Shown in pieces: positions 1-12,479 of a stretch of 64,000 nucleotides of DNA. Under the pieces are notes generated by a model, which was not told the origin of the DNA, searched no databases, and saw only the letters and a list, made by a program, of their open reading frames with translations. How positions within the stretch are numbered: the stretch's first letter is position 1; the number at the start of each line of letters is the position of its first letter. Source of the stretch: Takakia lepidozioides (lineage: Eukaryota; Plantae; Bryophyta). The DNA is taken from positions 59,086,001 through 59,150,000 of the forward strand of contig CM060734.1 in the NCBI GenBank assembly GCA_030704615.1, in the 5' to 3' direction. Made by a program: the position numbers and the translations under genes.

Positions 1-494
1 CAACAGATTTTACCTGTGTGTATTTGCCATTGCATGGCTCCAAGCCCACGTGGGGTCATTATGCGTGTGAATCGTATTTTCCGCTGGATTTGTGCCAAAG
101 TATAGGACCCTAATGAAATATACTACAACAGATCGCAGTATATCTTACTACCGAGGCGCGTCATGGTTTTCTCGACTTTGACCATGACTTCCCTGTATTT
201 TTGGACCGAATGGGACTTCATGTAGTCGTTTAAATGACTACGTGACTACGTAGTCCTCTGGGCGACTACTTTGGTAGACGTCGTCATGACTGTATGGCTC
301 CGCACTAGAGGGAAGGGTGGTCAATGAGCTTGCCACCAAATAGTCACCAAAATGACTTCTAGTACAAGCTTGGTAACCAACAGGTTTAAAAATTTTAAAA
401 AGTTGCTTATAGGGTTGCCCATTAGAGGGTTGGGACTTGGCCTCTTTTTGGCTTTTTTTTTCTCCTACGCGTTTTCTTAGTAGTATCAAGCCGA

Positions 495-590
495 GAGATG
501 AGAGATGGAACGCGATGATCACAAGATATACACAGGCGTGGGATGGAGGCTTTGCAGAACAAATGATGCAGGAAGGGGCAAAGCGCAACC
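495..590 (+). pseudogene. Short degenerate PPR motif remnant
   Basis: Translation RDERWNAMITRYTQ...EQMMQEGAK resembles the PPR consensus RDVVSWNAMIxGYAQ...EQMMxEGVK seen elsewhere in the window. Confidence 0.45.
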
Positions 591-991
591 TGCACCGCAA
601 ATGTGGGCTCTTGGCTCCTGTTAGTACCATGATTTGGTATTCTTCCTGATGTTTACAAGGTTCTTGGGAAAGTCAGCTTGGTCATAGGAGTCTGTGTTTC
701 AATCGACGCCCGCTCAGCTACACCATGGTAGTTCTCATAGACCAATCCGACATGACTACAGACACAAGCAGCAGACACAAGAAGTCCTCTTGGGTTCATG
801 GTCAGTCAAATCCTCCATGGGTTTCCTAATATTTACAAGGTTCTTGGGAGAGTTAGCTTGGTCTTAGCAAGCCGCATTTCAATCGCGTTTCAATCTTTGT
901 CCGCTCAGCTGCACCGTGGTGAATGTCTGCTGGAAGCATATGCAAGTCAGCATAGGAACTAGTGTGATAAGTAGGGTTGGGTTGTTTGCTG

Positions 992-1237
992 CTATGAAGC
1001 CATGTTGATTTGCTTTGTACTCCTCTGTTTATTGTTTTCCACACCAGTAGTTTGTGACTGGCGGTACCGCCATTCACTATGAAGCCATGTTGATTTGCTT
1101 TGTACTCCTCTGTTTATGGTTTTCCACACCAGCAGTTTGTGACTGGCGGTACCGCCATTCACTATGAAGCCATGTTGATTTGCTTTGTACTCCTCTGTTT
1201 ATGGTTTTCCACACCAACAGTTTGTGACTGGCGGTAC
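992..1237. repeat. 85-bp tandem repeat, about 2.9 copies
   Basis: ctatgaagccatgttgatttgctttgtactcctctg... starts at 992, 1077 and 1162 (period 85) with near-identical units. Confidence 0.95.
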
Positions 1238-1244
1238 TATCATG

Positions 1245-2142
1245 TGGCTTTTACTCACCCATCCCTTCGCTATCCGAGGTGGAAACTCCAAGATAGAAGA
1301 GTTGGATATCTCTAAGCACTCAGCCCACTCAGAATAATCAGTCATGACATGCAGCTAGTGAATCATGGTTGTGCTTCCGGTTTGTATTTCTTCTTGCCTT
1401 CATGTTAGCAAATTTACCTTACCGTGTATACTTAAGCATCAGTTTGCTCCTTTAACTATCAGATTCCATTCACTCCACAGCTTCACTCAAGTCTCTCTAC
1501 ACAGTGTGATTGTATCGAATAATAATCAGATTAAGAATCATCAAGTATCGTGTCTATGCCATTGTGTCTCTAATCCACCATCCTATATAATCCTACAGCT
1601 TGTACGAACTAAGTCGCAATCTCGTCATCCTCTTCTCTTCTGTGGAATTATCATCCATGTACTCCAAGATCGTGCCCTCTGTCCAACCTCCTCCCGTGAT
1701 GTCTAAGAAGAAGTCATCCCCCAAAAAGTCCCCGCTCTCGGCTTTATCTACCTACAAGCTGTTCTAACCGCCTAGCTAACTGACCGTCACCCCTGAAGTA
1801 ACATATTCCCTCTGCAGATGTTGTTCCCACACAGTCGTTCCCTTTCCATGATAACCGTTCCCCCTGTACTGTGACGGTTGTGCAAAATTGCGTTGGGCTG
1901 TGTGAAGCTGTGTCGGGCTGTGTATAGCTGTGTTGGACTGTGACGGGCTGTGACTAGCTGTGACAAGCTATGACAAGCTGTGACTGGCTGTGTATAGCTG
2001 TGTTAGACTGTGACTGACCGTCTAACCCCTTAAAACCTGCGCCTGCCACCCCTAAGGCTCCTATTGGTCTCAGTCTGTGCAAAAATTAAGGGTACCCCAC
2101 AGAACCTGTAAATGTGTCTAAGTCCCAGACAGCCCTCTAACA
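1245..2142 (-). mobile_element. Truncated 5' end (terminal repeat, leader, start of ORF0) of Gypsy family A
   Basis: Colinear with 23368-24256 and 29231-30236. Ends at the shared terminus ...gtcccagacagccctctaaca (TGTTAGAGGG on the - strand) and contains the 10-mer gctgtgNNNN microsatellite. Confidence 0.85.
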
Positions 2143-2249
2143 TTATCCATTCCCCTCTCAAAAAGCCATGTCCTCACGGTTTACTATTTAGGATCAGCAA
2201 ACCTTTGTGAACGAACACCCTTCTGCCGGTGAGAGTTCCTTGGAGGGTT

Positions 2250-3705
2250 CTATGTGCGTGCCCGAGTTCTGTGAGCTGATGGAGATGATTGAGCACTACC
2301 TGGAATTGTTTGACCATCATTTGGCTGATAATGAGTTAACCTCTCAGGCATAGGATATCCCCTTCGTCGCTTGTCCTCCATTGCTAATTCATAATCCTCC
2401 GCCATATCAAAAGAATTCTCTGAACTGTCTGGTGTAGTATCAGAATCAACCTCACCCCTGCGGCTTTTCGGTGGTCTGATCTTCTTGGGCTTCTCAGCAA
2501 TCCTGCGTGGCATACAGTGTTGGCCCACCATGTCTGGAAGCTTAAACTTCACGACTTGTTGTAAGTGCATGCAAGCAACGTTAATGAATTCTAGCAACTC
2601 CTTGTCCGTATAGATGAGAGGCGTTCCGATGACTTTGGAACAATGTAAGTATTTCCAGGCTGCTTGTCCCTTATAAAAAATATCGTCAATGCCCAATTTT
2701 TCTTTGGCCAAGTTGTTCCAAGCCAAGTTAAACCATGAACGGAGTTGGGAATCCTTCTGCATCATGACTTTTGCATCATATAGATACGTATGAGGTGGAA
2801 CTGAAGGTAAAACCCAATGATCCCCACTGGAATAACTCAAGAATCTTGACTGCATCCTCTGCTGTTCAATGTGATAACGTGCAATGAACAAGCAGCATAG
2901 TATACTCCACAGCCCATGACCAAACTAGCTACCTCCTTGGTTTTGGTGTAGATGTACCCGTGAACAACCTGGAAGGCAATTAATTCCTTCAACATGGTGC
3001 TTGCTTCAGACCAGTATCTTGCAAAATGGTGATCTTCAATAGGCCGATTATCCAAAAGAACCTTAGTCTGGGTTGCCACTGGCAACCAAATGCGCATGAT
3101 CTGATAATATTGTGCCAAAGACTGTGGAGGACTGAATTCCTTCCAGGCCAAATCCATCACAATAGGAATTTGGTTGAAGGGCATTATCATAGCTCGATTG
3201 TACTCAAGTGCAGCAGGAGTCCTTGGTGGGTTGAAAGCAACATCTCCCCATACCTCAGGCTGTGTGGTTGTTGTAACAATAGGGTCAGTCACCTGCACAG
3301 CCACCCGCTGTGGTACTGGTACCACTGGCCCTTCCACCACTGGTGTCTCCTGCACCCCTTGCGAAGAAGACTGAAAAATGAGAGCTCTGGCCTGTAAGTA
3401 AGTAGCCATCAGCTGTTCCTCAGGAATCAAGACTCTCTTGTCAATATTTGAACTCAAGTCATCCACTTGAGTCTGTAGGCTTTCCACATCCTCATGTAGC
3501 TCTGCTATCATGCTATAGACATTGTCTATAGTAGTTGTGGCAATGTTTTGCACCTGCAGTCTGAGGTCATTCATCTCCTCCTGGGTGAGCTTCCTTGGTG
3601 CTTTTCCTTCAATTGGCCCTTGTGCTAACCATACCTACATAAGATGGTCATCCACCAAGTCCTGTGTAGCACCCTTGAGAGTCTGCTCCTCCTTGAGTCT
3701 GTAGG
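2250..3705 (-). pseudogene. Frameshifted ORF of about 450-480 codons, unknown function, probably TE-derived
   Basis: ORFs 2837-3574 and 2250-2891 overlap by a frameshift. It is intronless, with a coiled-coil-like N-terminus and a W/Y-rich middle, and has no motif I recognise. Confidence 0.5.
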
Positions 3706-4044
3706 CATTTAACTGCTACTGTAAAGCCTGCCCCGGGGGGTGCACTCTTTATAAAATGTCCGTATCACGTGCGTTCGCCGCCTAATAAAAAAACCCCTTG
3801 TATACGGGTCATTGGATCATTTATACCCCCTCTGTACGTACATTTTTGAAGATTATAAAACCCCCTCCTGTAAATATATAGAAATTTTTAATTTTTAAAA
3901 AGTACCGCCTTCTGTATGTATATTTTCTTTTTCAATAATTAAAAAATACCCTCAAATATGTATATGTATGTTTTTATATTATATCAAGTTTATTTATTTA
4001 AAAATAGAGTAAAAAAAATTAATTAATTAAAAAAATCTGCTTGC

Positions 4045-4400
4045 CCTCGATAAAACTTGCTGTGGAATCTCACTTTGAACAATAGTCAGATGCATAGAGG
4101 AAATGGACATTGTCAATGCCCGATGTGCAAGAGGCCTGAAGAAAGTTTCCATTTTCTGATATGCAGTCCTAGGTATTTTCATCAGAGAGTGACCCTCTTG
4201 AAGACCATCAAGACCTAGTCACTGCACCTCTGTTCATCAACTAGGACAGTTTATGATCTTGTTCTACAGTTTCAACCTTCGCAAGGTCCAATTATGTTCA
4301 AAACCTACTATTGAGAATTCCTCTCTAAAAAGAGATTTCGTGTGCCTTTGTTGCCACTGTTGGAGTCCAACCTGACTCGCACCTGACAGAGTTCAATACA
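4045..4400 (+). mobile_element. LINE 3' (C-terminal CCHC) remnant
   Basis: tgaacaatagtcagatgcatagaggaaatgg...tgcccgatgtgc...cattttctgatatgc aligns with the LINE C-terminus at 10700-10830 and 11550-11680 and with 8005-8200. Confidence 0.6.
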
Positions 4401-4429
4401 TTCAATTAGGTGACAAGCATTTCATTCCA

Positions 4430-4690
4430 CCAATACTCCCCACAAGAACAAACACCATTTTGGAAGTGGTGAAAGCGGTTTGCATCCCGTACAACAATCT
4501 CTTGCTTAGCTATCTTTGAGATGAATTTGGTGGCTGTGTGGCAATCACCACACATCCGAAGATTCCTGATGATCCCCAAAGACATCCCAGAGGGTGTGTT
4601 GATAAGCCCAAAAACAATGGCCAGCTTCTCATTGTGGTGGCAAAGAGACGATTCTTTAAGCTCTTCCTCAACATCATGCAATGCAAAGCG
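4430..4690 (-). pseudogene. DYW cytidine-deaminase domain (C-terminal part) of a PLS-PPR editing factor
   Basis: [25 protein letters not shown]...[19 protein letters not shown]...[23 protein letters not shown]. HxE and CxxC are retained, the stop after EYW is replaced by TGG, and the N-terminal PG box is missing here. Confidence 0.95.
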
Positions 4691-6420
4691 GGCTTCACCC
4701 CTTCACACATCATTTGCTCACAGGTCTCCAAAGCCTCCATCCCGCGCCTTTGTTGTGCATATCCTGCAATCATCACACTCCACGACAGCACATCTCGTTC
4801 AGCCATACCGTCGAACACTCCCTTCATACATGTCCATGAGGGTATTGTTCAGAATGACATTTGATACAATTGCAAATCTGACAATGTCGCCATGGACCTC
4901 TTTGCCCTTTTCCAGAGCTGAGAGGCTTGCACACGCATTGCAAATATACACAAACGTGATGTGGTCGGGCTTCACCCCTTCCCCCATCATTTGATCATAG
5001 GTCTCCAAAGCCTCCATACCACGTCCCTGCTGTGCATACCCTACAAGCACCACACTCCACGACACCACACCTTGTTCAGCCATGGAAACTCCCTTCGCAT
5101 CCTTAATGCACCCACATTGGCATACATGTCCACCAGGGGAGTGTTCAGAATGACATCTAGTACAATTCCAGCTTTGACAATGTCACCATGGACCTCTTTC
5201 CCCTTTTCCAGAGCTCGCAGGCTTGGACACGCATTGCATCCTGCCAACATTATATTCCACGTGATCAAAGATCGTTGAGGCATTTTGTTGAACACTTGGT
5301 GAGCATCAATGATGCTCCCGCACATAACATACATGTTGACAAAGGGTGTTGAGTAGAAAAACATTGTGGACTCCCTCTCTTGATCCTCTTTCAGAAGCTG
5401 TGGTCATGGTTGATGTGCCTGATTTTATCAACTGTGCCGCTACAGCTGCTGCCTTTAGTTGACCATTACCCATGCAGGTTTCTTGTAGCTACTGACCCCA
5501 CATGGAATCAAGGTAATCTGGAGCTTGAAGTCCAGCCCTCTTGGATGAATCTGGACCCACACTCTATCCATGCTCATTCAGGAAAAAACAGGGAAAAACT
5601 TTGATAACAGGGAAAAAAGGCTGAAATGTGTTGAAGAAGGTACCTTTATTAGCAGCGCCTTGTTCTATCAAATGCACTCCTGCCGCTGCTGTTTCCAGTT
5701 GACCATCTACCCACGCAGCTTTCTTGTAGCTATTGATCCGCAGGGAATCAGAAGTAATCTTGTGTTTAAAATCGACCTCTTGGATGAATCGTGTTCCTCA
5801 ACACCACCTCGTTCAGCCATAGTGTTGAACACTCCCTCCGCATCCTCAATGCTCCCACAATGGCATACATGTCCACAAGGGTATTGTTCATAATCACATC
5901 CGGTACAATTCCAGCTTTGGTGATGCAACCATGCACCTCTTTGCCCTTTTCCATGGCTGCAGGCTTGCACACGCACTGCAAACGCACACAAACATGATGT
6001 GGTCGAGCTTCACCCCTTCCCCCATCATCTGCTTTCAGGTCTCCAAAGCCCCATCTTGCGCTCCTGCTCTGCACACCCTGCAAGCATTGCGTTCCATGAC
6101 ACCACATCTCATTCAGCCATAGTGTTGAATACTCCCTTGGCATCCTCAATGCTCCCACATTTGGCATACATGGCCACCAGAGCAATGTTCATGATGACAT
6201 CTGGTACAATTGCAGATTTGATGATGTCGCCAGGGATCTCTTTACCCTTTTCCAGGGCTGCCAGAGGCACTGCAAACGGACACAAATATTATGTGGGCGG
6301 TTTCACCCCTTCCCCCATCATTTGCTCATAGGTCTCCAAAGCCTCCATCTCGCACCCCTACTGTGCATACCCTGCAAACATCACAATTCACGACACCACA
6401 TCTCATTCAGCCATAGTGTT
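4690..6420 (-). pseudogene. Two blocks of degenerate PLS-class PPR repeats (4690-5365, 5790-6420) separated by an N-terminal leader copy
   Basis: Repeated VVSWS..AGYAQQGRGMEALE, GVKPDHITFV..ACASL.ALEKGKEVH and ILNT.LVDMYAKCGS motifs with many frameshifts. Confidence 0.92.
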
Positions 6421-6809
6421 CAGAATGACAGGTAATCTGACATGCATTCACCTTTTTGCCTCGGTTGTCCCACCATTGACTGGGGTCAGAAAAGTATTCA
6501 TTCCACAGCTTCTCCTCATCTCTGTTACCTCTTTTAGGATACTTTCCTGTTGTTAATTGGGAGTATCATATCAAAGTCACTCCAAACTATCAAAGATTCA
6601 CTCAACCAGCTAACTTGCAGAATTCAATATGGATATTTAGGGCCGATTCTGATAAGAGGGAAAAACAGGGTGAAATGTGTTGAAGAAGGTGCCTTCGTTA
6701 GCAACGCTTGATTTTATCAATGGTGCCGCTGCTGCTGCAGCTTCCACTTGACCATCTATCCATGCAGGTTTCTTGTAGGTAATCATAGGTAATATGGAAA
6801 ACGGCTCTT

Positions 6810-8450
6810 GGCAAATCATCTTCATCTTCCCAGACAATCTTCTCAGCTCAGAATGGATTTCCTTAATTTTGGGATGCAATTTGTCATTCGTTGTGCACCC
6901 TGTTGCAAACCTCAATGCAGCAGCGACCTAGCTCCTTTTCAACCCCTCTGTCCTTCATCATTCTTCTCACCTTTACAGTATCAACCCACCTGCCAGCTAT
7001 AGCATAGATGTTTGATAGCAACATAAGTCGCGGCATCCTGTTCATTCCACTTGAGGATAGATGTTGCCGCACGTTCAGGTCCACTGCCTCATCCAGTTGT
7101 CCCGCACGTCCAAGAAGGTCCACCATGCAGCCAAAGTGCTATACTGTCGGAGTGACACCATGGTCTTGAATCAGGGAATCAAAGTAGCGTCTTCCTTCAT
7201 TCAGAAGGCCAGTGTGGCTGCATGCAGAGAGAACACAAACTGCTTCAAGCCATTCTTTTGCATTCCTTCAAATAGTGCAGGACCTCCCTATGACAACCAT
7301 GTTGTGCATATCCTACGATCATTGCATTCCACGACACCACATCTCATTCAGCCATATTGTCAAACACTCCCTTTGCATCCTCCATGCACCCACATTTGGC
7401 ATACATGTCCACCAGGGCAGTGTTTAGGATCATATTTGGTATAATTCCAGCTCTGACGATGTCGGCATGCACCTCTTTGCCCTTTTCCAGGGCTGCCAGG
7501 CTTGCACATGCACTGCAAACGCACACAAACGTGATGTGGTCGGGCTTCACCCCGTCGCACATCATTTGCTCATAGGTCTCCAAAGCCTCCATCCCACGTC
7601 CCTGCTGTGCATACCCTGCAAGCACCGCACTCCACGACACCACACCTCGTTCAGCCACAATGTCGAAATCCCTTCGACTTTGTAAATGAAGATAGGTCCC
7701 TTTGATGGGGCATGGATTGAAGTGGTTTCAGTCCTACTTGTTGTTTCCTCCTCGCCATGTCCATCTTCTGCTTTGAGGCGGGGTCTAGGGCTTGCAAGGT
7801 TTTAGCAACCAGTGTCATGACTCTCTCTCTCTCTTCCTCTTTGTTCTGCCCAATCTGGGTGCAGGGTCTATGGCCACAAGGCTATCATGAGTACTTTCTC
7901 CTCACACACACCTCTCCCTGTTCCGCCCAAACTGGGCACGGACTGGGTAAATGGCCACAATGCAATGGCAAACATCGTATGAGTACATTTCACTCTCTCT
8001 ACTCTTGGCAATAGACTGTAAATGAAATGCAGGTCGGGGAGTGTACCTTTGAACAAACAAACAGATGCAGAGAGGAAAGGTAGCCTGTCAATGCCCGACG
8101 TGCGGGAGGCCTGAAGACTAAACATTTTTTGATACATTTCCGGTGTACACTCCTATCTGAGAGCGACCCTCTTCACTTACATCAAGAATAGAGTCCTTGC
8201 ATGGTTGTTCGCCAAGATGCACCCACATTTTGCAAACATGTCCACCAGGGTATTGTTCATAATGATAGCTGGTACAATTCCACCTCTGAAGATGTCGCCA
8301 TGAACCTCTTTCCCCTTTTCCAGAGCTGCCAAGGCAGTGTTTAGAATGACATTTGGTACAATTCCAGCTTTGACGATATCCCCATGCACCTCTTTGCCCT
8401 TCTCTAGGGCTGCCAGGCTTGCACGACGCCACATCTTGTTCAGCCATCTT
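6810..8450 (-). pseudogene. Degenerate PPR repeats plus E1/E2/E+ (PG-box) region
   Basis: 7344-7658 is a clean P-L-S triplet. MVDLLGRAGQLDEA...LLSNIYAIAGRW...GVEKELGRCCIEVCNRVH..LHPKIKEIHSELRRLSGKMK lies at 6810-7130, with more PPR pieces at 8215-8450. Confidence 0.92.
8005..8200 (+). mobile_element. LINE C-terminal remnant inside the PPR cluster
   Basis: ggcaatagactgtaaatgaaatgcaggtcggggagtgtacctttgaac aligns with ggcactagactgaaatttaaactcagggaaggaagcctacctttgaac (10661-10708). Confidence 0.7.
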
Positions 8451-10096
8451 TGCGGAAGGGAAGGCAAACGTGGGAGAGGAGATGAGAGGAGGAGAGGGAA
8501 AAGAGAAAGCTGCGGGAGGGAAGGGGAGAAAGATCATGGGGGGATAGAAAAAAAAAACCAAACAAAAGGATGAACCCACGATTTGATCCCGCGGTGCATC
8601 ACAGCCTAATCGTCGCTCTTACCACTGCACTACCCCTGAAAACTCAACAACCCCCTCCTGTAATATTATATTTAAGGTGTTTTAAACCCCCCTTTGTATG
8701 TATAATGTTGTACATGGGGGGGTTTAAAATACCCCCTCCTGTGCACGCACGTGGCTGGTACATTTAATGAGGAGTGCACCCCCTGGGCTGGAAGATAGAG
8801 GTCTTTTCAATCCTTGGTCCCCATCATTTTGGTCTGAAATCTTAATGTGTACAGTATCCCCTTTCAGAACCATCCTCTCTTCCTGCTTGGCTGAAAGGAC
8901 ACTACCCCCCATGGAAAGGAAATGAAATTTTGCTGAGACAAGCTCATCACCTAGAATTTTTGCTCGGATGCATTTGTATGTGACACCTTGCATAGTGAAC
9001 ACAGAACCAAGCTTGTTTGGTGATGCATCTCCTCCAACGAGCAGGACTTTTACTTCCAACTCTTCTTCCATGATGAGTTCACCTGCAAAATGCAATGAAA
9101 ACATTTCAAATCAGACCTTGATAGACCGATAACAAAGCACTTGGGTTGGAAGGTTCCAAAGTCCTATTTTATACAACCCTATAGGCTGTCCAAGCAGGGA
9201 CTACGTTGATAAGAGGATGAAATGTATACAGAAGCAAGTACATGATTGATGAGTTTGACGTTGCTAATTCTTGCTACTGCTATTTGCTACTTCCACTGCT
9301 GGTAGCCCTCTTGGGTGATCCTGAACCCACAGTCCTTCCTTGCATCAGCGGCTACCCCTCCCTCCACACTAACATATTTAAATACAAAGTTCTGTCAAAC
9401 TCCCTACGATGTTGCATGAAGAAAGCTCACCTTGTTGACAATATTGTCCCACCGTTGTGGATCATATTTATAGAACTTCTGCCAGCGCTGTTCCTTGCTC
9501 CAAATCTGGCCCTCTTGGATGATTTTGCACCCACGATCATCTCCCTGCATCAACAGCTACCCCTCCCTCCACACTAACAATGCGTACATCATGCCTCTGC
9601 AGCTGCTACAGTGGCTTCCAGTTGACCATCTACCCATGCAGGTTTCTTGTACCTATCCTTCCACATGGAATCAACTGCTATTTCCAGTTGACCATCTACT
9701 CACATTGTCCCACCACTGACTGGGGTCAGAGAAGTATTCATTCCTTGAAAGCTTCTCTCCATCTCTGTTATCTTTTTTTAGGTACTGTCATGCTGCCACC
9801 TCGGCAGTAACTTGCAAAGTCACTCCAACGCACCGCAAATCCACCCAATGAGCTAATTTACAGAATTCAATACATATGCTTTAGGGCTGAGGAGGATGAG
9901 AGGAAAAACAGGCTGAAACAGGTCAAACCAGAAGGTGCCCTCAGGCTGAAATGTGTTGAAGAAGGTACCTTCATCAGTAATGTCTTGCTCTATCAATTGC
10001 GCTGTTGCTGCTGCTGTTTCCAGTTGACCATCCACCCACATTGTCCCACCATTGACTGGGGTCAGAAAAGTGTCAGATTCCAACGCTTCTCTTCAT

Positions 10097-11990
10097 GTCT
10101 GTGGTGCTATTGCAAGGTGACTTCAATGCCCAAGTGGGCAAAGGGCTCCATCAGGACGATATCATTGGGTCTTCTGGTGAGGACGAGCTGAATTCTAATG
10201 GCAGACGGTTAATTAACTGTCTAGAAGAGCTTCAGCTTTTGACCTTGAATAACAAGACAAGAGGTGACCAAGTGCAGTGGACTCGTGAGAAATCCCAAAC
10301 TGGGGAACGTTCCATTGTGGACTATATCATAATGGACAAAAATTTGTTCCCCCAGTGTTTCTCTTCGATGATCGACAGAACTGATATTGGTACCTCTGAC
10401 CACTTCCTGGTTTGGACTGAGATCAAAAGGTGTTTTCCCAACACCAGAGTAGAAGAGATTCTCAAGGACCTGGACCTGGATCCGCAAGTCTTGACCCTGC
10501 TGGATAAATCCGACTTAGAGGCTGTAGTGTCCAAAGCCATGTCTGTTGCCATGAGATTGTCTGATGAAAATGAAGTTAGGCAGAAAACTTCCCTGAACTT
10601 GTTTCTAGTCAGTGACATGGGGGAGGACATCTTGGATGACCTCAAGGGTCCACCCACTCTCGGCACTAGACTGAAATTTAAACTCAGGGAAGGAAGCCTA
10701 CCTTTGAACAGCAAACAGAAGCAGAGATGAAAGGGGGAGTGCACTTCCCATTGCGTGGGCAATCTGAAGACAATGTTCATTTTCTGATACACTGTCTGGG
10801 GTTCTCTCACCAAAGAGACGCTCTCTTCAAATCTATCAAGGGGATTGTGCATGAATTGTCCTCCAATTGTAATTGGGATGCACATATCCGGAAAGTTGTT
10901 CAAACTGGCAAGGGCAAAGCTCTGGGGCTCACTAAATTTTTCCACTGCAGAGGGGTCAACTCTGAGGTTAAGAAAACCATGCTTTCTCGCGTTATTAGAC
11001 CTGCCTTGGAGTACGGATCTGCTATATGGGTTGATAACTCCAACCAGGCTAAGTCTCTAGAATCCATTCAAGTGGGGGTGCTTAAGGAGTGTACGTCAGC
11101 ATGCTCCAAAACAGCCAATGTGGCTGTTCGGGGTGAGTTTGGCATTCCATCCTTAAGCTCCCGACGAGATGAATTCAAGGTCAGATGGTGGGGTCAGCTG
11201 CAACATATGCCCAACACCAGATATCCTAAGTTAATCGACTCTATATCTTAGAAACAGGACCGCCCTGTCAAACAGGCGAAATCCTGGCAGAAGAGAGTAG
11301 AAAAGATTCTCAAGGACCTGGACCTGGATCCGCAAGTCTTGACCCTGCTGGATAAATCTGACTTAGAGGCTGTAGTGTCTGAAGCCATGTCTGTTGCCAT
11401 GAGATTGTCTGATGAAAATGAAGGTAGGCAGAGAACTTCCCTGAACTTATTCCAGTCAGTGACATGGGGGTGGACATCTTGGATGACCTCAAGGGTCTAC
11501 CCACTCTCGGCACTAGACTGAAATTTAAACTCAGGGCAGGAAGCCTACCTTTGAACAACAAACAGAAGTAGAGAAGAAAGGGAGAGTGCAATTGTCCGTT
11601 GTGTGGGCAACTTGAAGACAATATTCATTTTCTGATACACTGTCCGGGGTTCTCTCACCAAAGAGACGCTCTCTTCAATTCTATCAAGGGAATTGTGCCT
11701 GTACCCCTGTTTACCAACTTTGAAAGTCTCGAGGCTGAGCCAAAAGCCCAGGCCCTCCTGAGGCCTAGTTTTTGGGCAAATCACACACAACAGATTGATG
11801 CTTGTGTGAAGGGATTTCTAGAGGATATATGGAAAACCCGGATTAATTCTATATATGAAGGTAAGTCTTACTACCAACGTCAGCCCCTGACAGAGGTAGG
11901 TTCTGTCCCTTTTGTTCCCGCTCAAACTGGGTGCGGGGTCAAAGTCCACAAGGCTACGGCAAACAACGTCTTATGAGTACAATCTAACTA
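10097..11990 (+). mobile_element. Rearranged non-LTR retrotransposon (LINE; RTEX/CR1-like) ORF2 fragments
   Basis: APE endonuclease motifs GDFNA, IVDYI and SDH, post-RT motif IRPALEYGSAIW and C-terminal CPLCG..EDNIHFLIHC. There is an internal duplication (about 10447-10850 = about 11295-11700) and the RT core is absent. Confidence 0.85.
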
Positions 11991-12479
11991 GCTTCCCACT
12001 GGAAACCATCCTCCCTCTGCCCTTCCTTCATTGAAGTACATCTCCAAAGGTAAGGATTGCACAAGCTGACGAGGAGAATGAACAGTACCGCTGCAATATG
12101 AGAGACACGCCATGGTCTTCGGTGAGCAAGCAGTGAAGCCTAGCCAACTGCAAAACGTGCAGCCATCACCCAAAACAGAGTGAGCCCTCCATACACTAAG
12201 TTCCTCTACAAATCCCTTCAACACCGTAGGTTGTCAAACCTAGCTGATGAAATTTCCCAAAGTTACAGCTGAGTCTGCTGCGAATAGATTGAACTCGACA
12301 CTATTGGGATGAATTACTACCAATGCCAAATTTTGAGTTGTAGAAGTTGGAGAGTGGAAGGTAAATTGCACACTCAAAAATATCAACCTCCCCACATCTG
12401 AGATTGGATCAAACATAGGTCTGAAGGAAAACCGAACTGTTTATGTCTTTTCCTTCTCTCCTTTGCATGCTAAAGGAAG

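Larger units (their letters stand above)
3731..8787. mobile_element. Non-autonomous TIR DNA transposon (CCC termini, CMC/CACTA-like) carrying PPR-DYW fragments
   Basis: Left end ccccggggggtgcactctttataaaatgtccgtatcacgtgcgt versus reverse complement of the right end cccagggggtgcactcctcattaaatgtaccagccacgtgcgt (about 45-bp imperfect TIR). Subterminal (a)accccctcctgta-like repeats occur at both ends. CTG lies at 3728-3730 and 8788-8790. Confidence 0.75.

Noticed and set aside
6637-6790. KKPAW as the start of a U-to-C type DYW:KP domain
   Set aside because: No deaminase motifs follow, the same peptide precedes the first PPR motif elsewhere, and the real DYW pieces are canonical PG/DYW type
4430-8450. 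A single functional PPR-DYW gene
   Set aside because: It has numerous frameshifts, duplicated leaders, E+ separated from DYW by about 2 kb, and no splice pattern that rescues a frame
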